A stretch of DNA of 64,000 bases, from positions 25,420,001 to 25,484,000 of the forward strand of contig OX597831.1 in NCBI GenBank assembly GCA_951406725.2, written 5' to 3'. The notes under the pieces were generated by a model. That model was not told the origin of the DNA. It ran no database searches and was given only the letters and a program-made list of their open reading frames with translations. Each line of letters starts with the position of its first letter. Position 1 is the stretch's first letter. The position numbers and the translations under genes are program-made. This document shows, piece by piece, positions 39,266 to 52,305 of the stretch. This DNA is from Octopus vulgaris (taxonomy: Eukaryota).

Positions 39266-39688
39266 AAGGCAGCGAGCTGGCAGAGACATTAGCACGCCTG
39301 GCAAAATGCTTAGCGGTATTCTGTCAGCCGTTACATTCTGAGTTCGAATTCCGCCAAGGTCGACTTTGCCTTTCATCCTTTCGAGGTCGATTAAATAAGT
39401 ACCAGTTACGCACTGGGGTTGATATAATCGGCTTAATCCGTTTGTTTGTCCTTGTTTGTCCTCTCTGTGTTTAGCCCCTTGTGGGTAGTAAAGAAATAGG
39501 TATTTCATCTGCCGTTATGCTCTGAGTTCAAATTCCCCCGAGGTTGACTTTGCCTTTCATCCTTTTGAGGTCAATAAATTAAGTACCAGTTAGGCACTGG
39601 TGTCAATGTAATGGACTTAATTACTTTGTCTGTCTTTGTTTGTCCCCTCTATGTTTAACCCCTTGTGGGCAATAAAGAAATAAGAAAT
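39266..39688 (+). mobile_element. Dimeric family A SINE
   Basis: Full monomer joined via aaagaaata|ggtatttc to a 5'-truncated second monomer. Confidence 0.85.
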
Positions 39689-41145
39689 AATGAATAAAGA
39701 GGGGGTAAATTACAAAAGAAAAGACCAGAGTAGAATAGATTTTTTTGTTGTAGAGAAGTTGCATGGCTGCTCACATTTTAGAGGAGAGAATAAGAGATAT
39801 TGAGTGGAGCCGAAAAGCAAATGATAATAGAGGATGATGAAGTGTCAGTGTGGGCCTTCAAGGTGCAAGGTGGGTAGAAAAGAGAGGACCTGTGTGACCA
39901 GGAGTGTAGGGAGGGGATTTGTGATTGTACAGAGCAGTAGAAGATTAATTATGATGCAGGTGAAAGGATGTACTGGGTGTTCTTTTCATAACAACAGCTT
40001 AATTGAAATCACCAGGTATCTCCACAAGAGAAGACACCATGTAACTTTTGTCAGGTATTATAAAAATATAAATGTGCCCTTTTAAAGCCTAGCCAGGCTC
40101 ATAGGCCCGGTTTCTATGGTGCATATGTTCCCCAGCTGGACGCGATGCCAGTCCATTATAGCGTTACTCGTTTTTGCCAGCTGAGTCAACTGGAGCAACA
40201 AAGCATCGCCTGTCCAGGAATCGAAACCACAATCTTACAATCATGGTGCTGACACCCTAACCACTAAGCCGTGCGCCTCCATATGCACCCTTTTAAAACC
40301 TAACCAGGTTCATGGGCCCAGTTTCCCAGTTTCTATTGAGTATGTTTTCCCCAGCTGGACGCAACACCAGTCCATCGCAGCATTACTCATTTTTGCCAGC
40401 TGAGTGGACTGGAGCAACATGAAATGAAGTGTTTTGCTCAAGAACACAATGCATCGCCCGGTCCAGGAATCAAAACCACAATCTTATGATCATGGTACTG
40501 ACACTCTAACCACTAAGCCACGCGCATCCACTTTGTCAGGTTTTAAGAAGCTAAAACACGATAGCGTGACAGCAACATGTGTCATGCTGCAGTGAGAATA
40601 CATGGCTACCCTGAATGGAAAATGAGAGGAAAGGATGTTGGTGATGAGCTGTCAGGACATAGACATGTCTTCGTGTTACAAAACGTGAATGTAAGTAAGA
40701 ATAGAGACAGGGGAGTGTGAAGTGTTGGTGGATAAGTTAATGAGAGAATGAAAGGGAAATGACTGTTAGGAATCAAGGTAAATTCTTTGAAGAGTGATCA
40801 GGGTGGAGCCATGATCAGTAGTTATTTTCTGTTTGGTCACAAAGTGTAGGAAATAGGAGTGGATCAGAGAAGAGGAGGTGATGGGTAGCATTACAAAACA
40901 TGAAGCGAAGCAGATCTTCTTAAGCAGAAAGGTTACCTTGGTAACAGAAACTATCTGTTACCTCTAGGGATATTTCTAGGCATTCAAGAAAATCAATTTC
41001 CCATCTATTCTTCATCTCTACTTTACCTGTGCATCTGTATGGAATTTCTACTGATACCATTTCCATATACCAAAGAAAGCCATTTTCATGAAAGGAGTAG
41101 TGTCCTCTCAGTTTTCCTGCTAACTACAACTTTGGCCTTTGTTAA

Positions 41146-41341
41146 GTTATCTTCCATTTTAAAGGGTTACAAAATTAACACAGATTTTAGGAATATAAAT
41201 CCTCTTTCACGAAAAGATAGCTTAAACTGTGCTCTAAATGGAGGTGTAGTCAAATCCCATTTTATGGACTCAGCCATGTTCTAAAATAAGTCGAAATGTA
41301 AGCTACTGTAAATCGGCACAAACTTTCCAGACAACCCCATA
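41146..41341 (-). mobile_element. Mariner 5' end fragment (same family as 34261-34812)
   Basis: Homologous to 34634-34814, including the TIR aactttccagacaacccca and the ATG GAA GAT start. Confidence 0.85.
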
Positions 41342-41564
41342 CTTTTCCTGCAGTTGCCTTTCTATGAAAAGAACATCAGTCGTGCTTCTCCATGGTACAA
41401 AACCAAACTACATTTCATATAGGACAATCTGCTTTCAGATTAATGGAATAATAACTATTTCAGTAGCATTTATGACCTGGTCCAGCAATTTCATACCTCT
41501 GTAATTACATCTCTCTATGGCAATACCTTTAACTTTGTAACAATTTAATATACTATTGCTAAAT

Positions 41565-41870
41565 GAGTCATCGGATTTGATATCACTCTATCCAATCTGT
41601 GAACTATTTTTAAGTATCTCAGATGTAATTCATAGTGGATCAGGGGTATTTCCTGTCTTCATATCCTTGATTGGTTTATCTTTCATGCTGTTGCCAAATA
41701 GTCTGTCTGGTCCCTCTGTGGGTTTCACATTTTGAAGACTTTTCTCTTTTCCGTGCATTCTCCAGATATAGCAGCCTTTCATAGTGTTACTTTCATGACC
41801 GTTTAGTTTCAAAATGACTAAATGCAAACATGCTATTATCTGACTATAGACGTTCCTCATCTACAATATC
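41565..41870 (-). mobile_element. Decayed RTE-clade LINE fragment (pre-RT region)
   Basis: HYERLL.LENA..SLQNVKPTEGP..KPIKDMKTGNTPDP..ITSEILK resembles the conserved K(M)K.GKAPGP.GI..E.LK motif. Confidence 0.75.
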
Positions 41871-42077
41871 TCGATCTCGATTCTCTCTAATACTCTATCT
41901 TCCAATCCATGTTGTCAGCTTGTGCATTTGTGACTCAAAACACCATTTGTCACCCAAAATGGTTTATACTTGGAAAATTGTTCATAAACCAATTTATTCA
42001 TGATGAGAGGCATCTATAAACCAAAGTTTCACTCTGTGTGTGTGTATGTGTGTGTGTGTATACATGTTCTGTAATTG

Positions 42078-42793
42078 TTTTGCTTGTTTCCATTATTTGA
42101 CTGTGGCCATACTGGAGCACTGCCTTGAAGAGTTTTAGTCGAACAAATAGCACCCAGGACATATCTTTTTTTAAAGACGAGTACTTATTCTATCTGTTAC
42201 TTTTACTAAACTGCTAAGTTACAGGGATGTAAACACACCAACACCGGTTGTCAAGCCGTGGTGGGGAGAGGAACACAGACACAACGATACACACACACAC
42301 ACACACACATATATGCGATGGGTTTCTTTCAGTTTCCATCTACCAAATCCATTCACAAGGCTTTGGTCAGCCCAAGACTATAGTAGGAGACAACTGTCCA
42401 AGGTGCCACACAGTGGGATTGAACCCAGAGCCATGTGGATGTGAAGCACGCTTCTTATTTCTTTACTGCCCACAAGGGGCTAAACACAGAGGAGACAAAC
42501 AAGGACAGACAAAGGGATTAAGTCAATTACCTCGATCCCAGTGCGTAACTGGTACTTAATTTATTGACCCCGAAAGGATGAAAGGCAAAGTCAACTTTGA
42601 CGGAATTTGAACTCAGAACGTAAAGACAGACGAAATACTGCTAAGCATTTCGCCCAGCATGCTAACATTTCTGCCAGCTCACCACCTTTATGGCTGTGGT
42701 AAGCATGCTTTTTACCACACAGCCATACCTGAGCCTATATATATGTATATGTATAAACACACAGATAGATGGATAAGTAGTTATCTATACCTG

Positions 42794-42846
<53 letters not shown>

Positions 42847-43240
42847 GTGCAGGAGTGGCTGTGTGGTAAGTAGCTTGCTTACCAACCACATGGTTCCGGG
42901 TTCAGTCCCACTGCGTGGCACCTTGGGCAAGTGTCTTCCACTATAGCCTCGGGCTGACCAAAGCCTTGTGAGTGGATTTGGTAGATGGAAACTGAAAGAA
43001 GCCCGTCGTATATATATGTATATATATATATATGTGTGCGTGTATGTTTGTGTGTCTGTGTTTGTCCCCCTAGCATTGCTTGACAACCGATGCTGGTATG
43101 TTTACGTTCCTGTCCCTTAGCGGTTCGGCAAAAGAGACTGATAGAATAAGTACTAGGCTTACAAAGAGTTGCTCAATTAAAGGCGGTGCTCCAGCATGGC
43201 CGCAGTCAAATGACTGAAACAAATAAAAGAGTAAAAGAAT
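42078..43240. mobile_element. Head-to-head family B SINEs (42078-42735 - with family A insert 42456-42688; 42846-43240 +)
   Basis: Consensus matches; the A copy interrupts the B head. Confidence 0.85.
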
Positions 43241-43777
43241 ACACATAAACATACACACACTCTCACCCACACACACTCACACACACACACACACATATAA
43301 CTATGTGCATCTATATAATTATAATAATTAGTTTGTACATGGTATTGACTGGTAGTCCTGTTCAATATGTCTTCTACGTAAATGAACGTAATAGAAGCAT
43401 TTAAAAGTGGCTGAAATGGCAGTAAAACCAATAAACATGGAAGATACTATCATTATCATATTTAATGAAATACCAATCTTTATATTTACTCTACTTTGAT
43501 GTGTTGTCATTATGATAACCTAGCAATATTGGATTCTCCATTGGTCTCCGACATGATCATCCAGTTGTTTGAACAGTTTAATTCCCTGCTTGTGAAGCCA
43601 ACATGTGAGTAGTTGTTCACTCTGCTGCCTCAATAACCCAAATTGCAGTCGTTAGGCCGAGTCATTTGTAGCCTTACCGTTATTTCCCAGGTGGAAACGG
43701 GGCAAGATCTTCAAAACGCAAACAGACACACACACGCACAAAAACATGCATGCATATGTGCTTATGTGTGTGTTTGA

Positions 43778-44010
43778 AAGGCAGCAAGCTGGCAGAAATG
43801 TTAGCACGCCGGGCGAAATGTGTTGCCGTATTTCGTCTGCCGTTATGTTCTGAGTTCAAATTCTGCCGAGGTCGACTTTGCCTTTCATCCTTTCGGAGTC
43901 GATTAAATAAGTACCAGTTACGCACTGGGGTCGATATAATCGACTTAATCCGTTTGTCTGTCCTTGTTTGTCCTCTCTGTGTTTAGCCCCTTGTGGGTAA
44001 TAAAGAAATA
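43778..44010 (+). mobile_element. Family A SINE with 24-bp TSD
   Basis: atatgtgcttatgtgtgtgtttga at 43754-43777 and 44011-44034. Confidence 0.9.
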
Positions 44011-44115
44011 ATATGTGCTTATGTGTGTGTTTGAGGATGCCTGGCCTGGCCTGGTGGTTACAGTGTTGCGCTCATGATAGCGAGATCAAGCTTTCAAATC
44101 CTGGTCTGCTGGTAT

Positions 44116-44410
44116 AATAATAATAATAATGAAATTATTGTATACAGTGCTCAGGTGCACCACAACTTGTCAGAGTATATGCAGTAATGTACAAATGTCT
44201 GGAAAGCGAACAATGCATGAGTCAGATACATGCTTGTGTGTGTATGGAGGGGAGAAAAATCAGGTGTAGTGTTGGCGAATCTCAGAAAGCATGGAAGTTT
44301 TGAAGGATGCAGAGTGCTCCGACAACTAACAATTGATGCCGGCAGCTCGTTCCATGCTTCAGCAACTCTCAGCGTGAAAAGATGTTTCCTGAAGTCATGG
44401 GAGCTGTGCT
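44116..44410 (-). mobile_element. CR1-like LINE 3' end inserted in a family C SINE
   Basis: HDFRKHLFTLRVAEAWNELPASIVSC.. with (TTA)n tail; the SINE head at ~44040-44110 continues at 44411-44630. Confidence 0.8.
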
Positions 44411-44625
44411 GTTGTGTTCTTGAGCAAAACACTTCATCTCACTTTGCTCTGTGATCATTTCAACTCGTGATGCATGATACACTGTGCACCTGTCCAGGCA
44501 ATGAAAAATTTAATGGAGGAAGTGAGCTCATATACAGCACATACATTTGATCACTGTAAACAAATCATTTGTGCAGGTCATTTGGCAAAAGTTGAATGCT
44601 CATACATCGTTTCCAATAAGAAAAT

Positions 44626-44658
<33 letters not shown>

Positions 44659-44661
<3 letters not shown>

Positions 44662-45095
44662 GTTTTTCTTATGAGGTTTTTCACGCTATCTACCTGATAA
44701 TTTCTTGTTAAGATTCCTTATTAAGAAGTTATCCTTAATTGTTAAATAATTTTATTCCGAAAAAACTTTTCCTATCCGAAATGCAATTCGAAGAAGCCCG
44801 CCATTTACCGGATGTATGATACGTAAACTTCTCCATGTGCTTCGTTGGAGTAGAGCAGATGGCTGTTCGACTTTGGCGGTACAGGTCGTTTATTTATGAT
44901 TTGTTCAGAATCAGTCTTGCTGATGAGTATGGTCGCAATTCTGCGGTAAGTACGAAATCACAGGTGATACAAGACTAAATTCATTTTTTAAATCTCTTGC
45001 TTTGAAAAATTGCATTGGGTATGATTAGTAAAATTTTTGGTAGAAATGACTGATGTCCCTCTTAGCGTGAGGCATGTATGTATAATAATGCCCTC
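44659..45095 (+). mobile_element. 437-bp hammerhead-carrying insertion (retrozyme/Penelope-type) in (TA)n
   Basis: Unique CpG-containing block bounded by (TA)n on both sides; contains an intact hammerhead. Confidence 0.7.
44913..44976 (+). ncRNA. Type I hammerhead ribozyme
   Basis: Stem I agtcttg/caagact, CTGATGA 44920-44926, stem II gtat..gtcgca/tgcggt..gtac, GAAA 44954-44957, stem III atca/tgat, cleavage triplet AUA (cut after 44969). Confidence 0.85.
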
Positions 45096-45153
<58 letters not shown>

Positions 45154-46423
45154 TCTATATGAGAATTATATAATATAGTTTTGAAGTGTAAAGGTGAATT
45201 TTTTTCTTTATTTTTCTTTTAATTATTTTTTAAAATAATATTATAAAATCTTTTATCGGGATGCTACTAACCTTTTATGGGAAGAAGCTTTTTCCTAGTG
45301 TGTGATTAACTGATTATATATATAGTTCTGGGTTCAATCCCACTGTATAGCACTGCGGGTAAGTGTCTTCTATTATAGCCTCAGGCTAATCAAAGCCTTA
45401 TGAAAAGATTTGGTAGACGGAAACTATATATAAGTATGTATGTCTATACTTAATTCATGTGTCTTTGTGTCTGTGTTTGTCCCCAACTTGACAACACGCA
45501 TTGGTGTGGTTACGTCCTCGTAACTTTGTGGTTTGACAAAAGAGAATGACAGAATAAGTCCTGGGGTCGATTTGTTTGACTAAAACCCTTCAAGAAAATG
45601 CTCCAGCATGGCCAGAGTCAAGTGACTGAAACAACTAAAAGAATGAAAGAATGTGTGTATATGTGAGTGGATATACATCTATATACAAACTTATGAATCA
45701 TCATATGGGTTGGACGATTTGACTGAGGACTCGCGAACCAGATGGCTGCACCAGACTCCAATCTGATCTGGTAGAGTTTTCACAGCTGGATGTCCTTCCT
45801 AATGCCAACCACTCCGAGAGTGTGTGTAGTGCGTGCTTTTATGTGCCACTGGCATGAGGGCCAGTCAAGCGGGTTTGGCAGCAGCCACGCTCAAATGGTG
45901 CTTTTTATTGCTATATCAACCAGACTATCAGATGTTGTTATACACCACTGATCACAATGCTCTTTGTCACAATCCTCCTTTAGCTTTTCAAGTAATACCA
46001 CTTCACAAACTAGCACCAGTCCATTGCAAGGTCACTCATTTACAACTGACTGAAGTGGAACAACATGTAATGAAGTGTTCTACCCCAGAACACCATGCTG
46101 GTTTGGGAATTGAAACCCTGATCTTGCAATCATGAATGCAGCATGTAATAAGGTATTTTATCAAAGCCAAAAAAACCCCTCACAAGCTGTTACAGAGTGT
46201 TTCAGGTAAGTGATCATCAGAGACTCATGAGTATGCTGTACAATGCAACATTTTACTAAGTGTTTATAGAATTCATTATAACCAGCTCATCAAAAAAAAA
46301 AATAAAAGGGTGATTTTGGCAATTACTTTCCAAAATAATGGGAATCTGTTGGATAAAGGTGATTAAGCATATCGGAAAATTATATAAACACTAAAGTGAA
46401 TTAAAGAGAAATTAAAAATTGAC

Positions 46424-46830
46424 ACAGGTATGGCTGTGTGGTAAGAAGTTTGTTTCCCAACCACATGGTTCTGGGTTCAGTCCCATTGCATGATAGCTTG
46501 GCCGAGTGTCTTCTACTATGGCCTCTAACTAAAACCTTGTGAGTGGATTTGGTAGGCAGAAACTGAAAGAAGCTCGCTATATATATATATACCAAATATA
46601 TACATTTTATTTACTTTTTGCAAATTACCTAATCATTGTTATATGTTTTATCTTTCTATAATATGTAATTTTTCTAAATGGCATAATTTAATTTTTCATT
46701 ATTGAATTGATAAAAGATGGCTTTTTTTCTAATTTATATATATATATATATATATATACATACACACATATATATATATATATAAATATATATATACACA
46801 TACACACACACACACATATATATATACCAA

Positions 46831-46886
<56 letters not shown>

Positions 46887-47385
46887 ATTTATATGTGTGT
46901 TTGTCCCCACCACCACCACCACCACTTGACAACTGGTTTTGGTGTGTTTATGTCCCCATAATTTAGCAGTTCAGCAAAAGGAATTGATTGAACAAGTACC
47001 AGACTTTAAAAGTGTTGTATGGGGAATCTGTACACCCCCATGATTGGCTAAGTGAACTATACCAGTTAGTATAAATGAGCATGTGCAGAACAGTCTGGGA
47101 AGAGTGTCATATGCGCAGTCATAGTGTGCAAGGTCATAGGAATTATTGAAAAGAAATATCCTGGAGTGCTTGATGAAGATACACAGTTGGAGAGTAATAA
47201 GAGAGCATCAGGAACGTTTGATATTATAACAGTTCAGCTATATCAGTGACGACAAGAAGTCATACATCATATCATTAAACAAAAGAAAAAGTACTGGCTG
47301 GTGGGGTCGATGCATTTGACAATAAATTTTTCAAGGCAGTGCCTCAGCATGGCCGCAATCTGATGACTAAAACAAATAAAAGATA
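46424..47385 (+). mobile_element. Family B SINE interrupted by microsatellite expansion and a solo LTR
   Basis: Head 46424-46578, body 46895-47010, tail resumes at 47286-47385. Confidence 0.75.
47013..47281 (+). mobile_element. Probable solo LTR (269 bp)
   Basis: TGTT..AACA termini, 4-bp TSD aaag (47009-47012 and 47282-47285), internal attgg and tataaat motifs; interrupts a SINE. Confidence 0.65.
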
Positions 47386-47507
47386 GAAAATGAAAGATAA
47401 CAGATAGGGAAAATTCATAGAAACAGACATAAAAAATACACAGTATAAGAAAACCCTTATCAGAAAAACAGAAGAGTGGGGCTTGGGACTGAAACTAAAA
47501 GATGCAT

Positions 47508-47822
47508 AGGCATGGCTGTGTGGTAAGAAGCTTGCTTCCCAACCACTTGGTTTGGGGTTCAGTCCCACTGCATGGCAACTTGGGCAAATGTTTCCTTCTA
47601 TAGCCTCGGGTCGACCAAAGCCTTGTGAGTGGATGTGGTAGGCGGAAACTGAAAGTAACCCATCAGACATGTGTGTGTGTGTGCGTGTGTGTGTTAGTCC
47701 CCCAGCCATCACTTGATAACCGATGCTGGTGTGTTTATATCCCTATAACTTAGTGGTTCGGCAAAACAAAAACCGATAGAATAAGTACTAGGCTTACAAA
47801 GAATAAGTCCTGAGATCAATTT
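47508..47822 (+). mobile_element. Family B SINE, 3'-truncated
   Basis: Matches the consensus up to gaataagtcctgagatcaattt. Confidence 0.8.
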
Positions 47823-48719
47823 CTGTGTATATGTGTGATGTAACATCAGTTCATGTTCTATAACTTGAAGTTAAGTGGGTGGGGTAGTGAATTAGAAAGG
47901 GTGTAAAAGAATAGGAAATCACATAGATAGAGGGAACAAAGCCCAAATAGAAACAGTATAAAGCTGATTGAACTAAAGGCTGAAAAAATGTCGATATGGA
48001 CGAATGTTCTGGGAGACCCACAACCAGCAGAACTGAGAAAAACATCACAAATGTGCATGCATCAGTGAGGGGAAATCCTCAAATCACCATCTGTGAGTCA
48101 TAAGTAGATGTGCAGATTAGTTTCAGTTCAGTCCATTATCAATGAAGATTTGTTTTATGAGATGCATGTCTGCCAAGTTTGTGTGAAAACTGCATTCAGA
48201 TGACCAAAAAGACACTATATTATGTCTATTTATTTATTTATTTACTAAAAGGACAATTATAACAATATACATACATGTATAACATATTATGCTTTACATA
48301 TATAATATATAGAATATAAAAATATCAGTAATTATTAAAATATATAACATATAGCAATGGATATAAACTTAGTAGCTTTCTTATTTTCCATTTTTCTTTT
48401 CCACACATGAACATAAGGTTATTGCAAAAATTATAGTGCTTTTTTAAGATCAAATTTAAAGCAATATTTTTGAGCTTAAAATAAATGTTATTCAGCAAAA
48501 TATTGACCAGAATACTCATTTTGATTATCAACAGAAACATGTACAATAGTTTTTAAGAATCTCTTTGCATGCAAACACATATAACCAAATACATATATTT
48601 AACTCCTTTGCTAACCTATAATGAAAAATCTTTCCACCCATGATTATCCAGTCATTTTTTTTCTACACTACATTATCAATATGTTCTTCCATTTTCTAAC
48701 ACAGTAGGGAGTGATTTAA

Positions 48720-48940
48720 CCCTTTCATTATTGTATTTATTTTGAGATGCTCTGTGTTTCTCTCAATTATTTTAGATATAGCAAAGAATTTATTAAAATA
48801 ACTTAGTTATCATTAAGCTGGTGTTAGGAACATAAATTGTGACTAAGGTTTGGTGGAAGATTTTAATTCAAAACTTATGTAAATGAGGCATTTGTACTAC
48901 AGAGCCAGAGCTGGTTTCAGGTGTGTTGGTGATGAAAGAG
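48720..48940. mobile_element. piggyBac-like MITE, 221 bp
   Basis: TTAA flanks; homologous end to end to 3031-3251. Confidence 0.85.
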
Positions 48941-50039
48941 TTAAAGGATATTTTGGTTTGCATCTCTAGCAAAACAAGTTACTACATAAAAGCTTCCTCC
49001 ATAACTTACTAGTGCATGAAGCTGGTTAACACTGTGCCATTTCCCATGTTCTCAATGAATCTTTTACAATAATTAGCCTTAGAACCATTTCACCTGACAC
49101 TCCATTGTCTTGTACCTTTGCTATAAACCCAAGTTGCAGTTTCAGTGAGTGATGTACATGACACATGTTCAATTCCCAGTTTTGCCAATGTATTTCACTT
49201 TTGATAATTTCCTTGTACTGACCATGTCCAGTCTAGCATCATATATTACCTACAGTCAGTTTAAGGTCATGCTAATAAAATGCAACATTTACCAGAAAGA
49301 ATGAAAGGTAAAGTTGACCTCAGCAGATTTCGAACTCAGAACGTCAAGCTGGACGAAATGCTGCTAAGCATTTTGCCTGATGTGCTAACCATCCTACCAG
49401 CTCACTGCCTTAAATAATAATAAATAATAATTGTGGTTTCAAATTTTGCCACAAGGCCAGCAATTTCAGGGCAAAAGGGTAAGTTGATTACATTGACCCC
49501 CATGCTCCTATGTATTAAATTCAGCCTAGGAACAGACCCCTAACCTAACCTATGGAGATCTATCCCGACTCAAATCTGGCACACCTTGACCAATACCTGG
49601 GAAGATGTAACTCAAACAGTTGCCTGTGGTAAATTCATTATTCAAAATGAACGATATTGCCTCTGTACTTTGAGTAGTGGGCCTCTTTTAGGTAACATCA
49701 TAGCTTTTGCTCAATTAGGCACGAATTTGATTAAATTATTCAGGATAGATTGATCCATGTTTAGTTTTTCTTCTGTCAATGCTTCTCTTGCATCTGTTAT
49801 TGATATAATTTTCAACAGCTTTGCTCACAAACTTACCATGACATCCTTAGATGTCCTCTATCAGATCGAGATGTTTCTAAATGTGTTTTATTACATTAAG
49901 ATTGAGGATTTGAACAGTGCCTTCCCACAATTTTATTCCATAAATTCTTGTCTATGTTTGAGATACTTTGCTTGTATGGCATAGGGACCCATCTTCTTGT
50001 AAAAGAATTGTCTTCTTATCAATTCATACACTGAAGTAA

Positions 50040-50373
50040 AGGGTAAAGACCCCCTTTGGTCATGACTGAACATGGGATTGCACCTAGAAAGTTACCCTCC
50101 GAAGCATAAGTCCAGGCAATATTGTCTATGTAAGACCAGCAGTCACCCATGCATATCAACCTCCCCACTGCATGCCACTGATGTTATCCAAGGGAAAGGC
50201 TAAGACCAATACAGTTTGGCACCAGTGACATTGCAACTCATTTCTGCAGCTCAGTGAACTGGAACAAAGTGAAATAAAGTGTCTTGTCCAAGAACACAAC
50301 ACACAGCCTGGTCAATAAATTGACCTCACTACCTCAAGGATTGTAAGCCCAATGCTCTAACCACTGAGCCATG
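50040..50373 (-). mobile_element. Family C SINE (tail type 4)
   Basis: tggctcagtggttagag head, tgttcttggacaagacactt core, tail ending gggggtctttaccctttac. Confidence 0.75.
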
Positions 50374-50867
50374 GGGTAATAAATCCTTTTGAGAGCATAT
50401 TATGAGCCATATAATTGATTTTCAACAGCAAAGAGTTTTGATCTGCCTTTCACCCAAACAACCTTCCTTGCAATAATTCCAATTCTTTCATGTTTACCCG
50501 TTTCTTGAAAATAATCCTGCTCCCATCTTTCAGTTGTCTTATATGCCACACACATATATTTACATTGAATTGGAAAATTTGCAGGATTTGCTTTTATCAT
50601 ATCAATAACCAAAACTTGTCTTCCATGTTGCAGAGTCCTTTAACCCAACCAATGTTTTTGATCATATTGACTTTCGAAATTATTGCCTTCTTCCTCTTCA
50701 CTCTTATCCAAAATTCTTGCACAATATGGTTACATGTCCTTAGAATTTGAAACCTCTCTATCAATTGTAAATTGATCTTTAATAACTTCCTTCATAACTG
50801 CCCTTTTCTGCAGCCTCTTCTATCTAATTTTCCCTCAGCCATGCCTTTCTTCAATATGAGTACTACT

Positions 50868-51268
50868 AAGGCAGCGAACTGGCAGAGATGTTAGCACGCC
50901 GGGCGAAATGCTTAGCGGTATTTCGTCTGCTGCTACGTTCTGAGTTCAAATTCCTCCGAGGTCGACTTTGCCTTTCATCCTTTCGGGGTCAATTAAATAA
51001 GTACCAGTTATGCACTGGGGTCGATATAATCGACTTAATCCGTTTGTCTGTCTTTGTTCGTCCCCTCTGTGTTTAGCCCCTTGTGGGCAGTAAAGAAATA
51101 GGTATTTCGTCTGTCTTTACTTTCTGAGTTCAAATTCTGCCAAGGTCGACTTTGCCTTTCATGCTTTCAAGGTCGATAAATTAAGTACCAGTTTCGTACT
51201 GGGGTCAATCTAATCAACTGCCCCCTCCCCCAAAATTTCGGGCCTTGTGCCTAGAGTACAAAAGAAAT
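50868..51268 (+). mobile_element. Dimeric family A/A2 SINE
   Basis: A monomer plus truncated A2 monomer inside one TSD tgagtactact (50857-50867 and 51270-51280). Confidence 0.9.
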
Positions 51269-51668
51269 TTGAGTACTACTGTTTGATGATTAACATGAAG
51301 CTATTTCTTGGTTGGAATTTCTGTATTGTTACCAATCAATGGTTTGCTCACATGTAAATTCATTGATATCTTCAATTTCCTAAATGTTTTCACTGTTGTG
51401 TTTGATCAAATTATAGTTACACCTAATCAAAAACATAATTGAATTCTTATATGTACCTGTAAAAACAAAAATCTAATTGGAATGAAATTGGAAAGTCAAA
51501 AGGTGGCTAAAAATTCCAAATACTACTGTATTTACTTTGACTGGTCGATTTTCCTCAGTTACATACTACAGAGAACTTCAGTGGTGCCTCAATAATGTCA
51601 AAATTGACTACCATTACCAGCACTCTCTACCATATTGTGCCACCCCCTACAGTTGTTGTTGTTCATAT

Positions 51669-52036
51669 TATTACTTCCGTCTTAGCGAAGGCGGAGGTAT
51701 TGTTTTCAGTCGTGTTTGTTTGTTTGTCCATGGACAAGATATCTCAAGAACTGCTGGATGGATTCGGATGAAACTTTCAGGAATGTTTGGCCTTGTGACT
51801 GGCATGGACTGATTATATTTTGGGATCGATCTGATACCGGACAAGGATTCTGGATTATTTTTCTGCTTCTTTTTACATAATTTTTGATAGCAGTCAGGTT
51901 CATTTTTAGTATTCTCGTTTGTGAGAGCAGATGAGTTTAATTCAGATATTCTCATTTTAAAAATTATCTCTGGCTAATCATTGAGAGGACGTTGGTGTTG
52001 CCTTGGCAGAGGTTGGCCCTCTCCGAGTACTTTCAT
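51669..52036 (+). mobile_element. Helentron-associated (HINE/DINE-like) non-autonomous element
   Basis: 5' tacttccgtctt..aaggcggaggta stem, (gttt)n, subterminal repeat ccttggcagaggt near the 3' end and a terminal ctc..gag hairpin remnant. Confidence 0.7.
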
Positions 52037-52305
52037 TATAGTTATTAATTAGTACTGTCATTACTCATTAGCTCGTTATTGTTGTCTGCAATATGGCGTA
52101 AAATACGTGAGTAGCAGAGGGAAGCAAAAATTCAACAGTATTAATTTCTCAACTACCTTATTTCACTATCATATTTCAGTTTGCAAAATGACTATCTTTT
52201 ACAAAATGTTGTTAATACTATGAGGAAAGGCATTCACCTCACAACATCACATATTCATAAAATATGTCATTTGTGGTCACTTACTTAAAAAAACACTATA
52301 ACTAT

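Noticed and set aside
47830-48230. Possible second solo LTR truncating a SINE
   Set aside because: No clear TG..CA boundary pair or TSD found.
49640-50860. Purine-skewed minus-strand sequence suggestive of a very old non-LTR retrotransposon ORF
   Set aside because: Too many stops and frameshifts to identify motifs reliably by eye.
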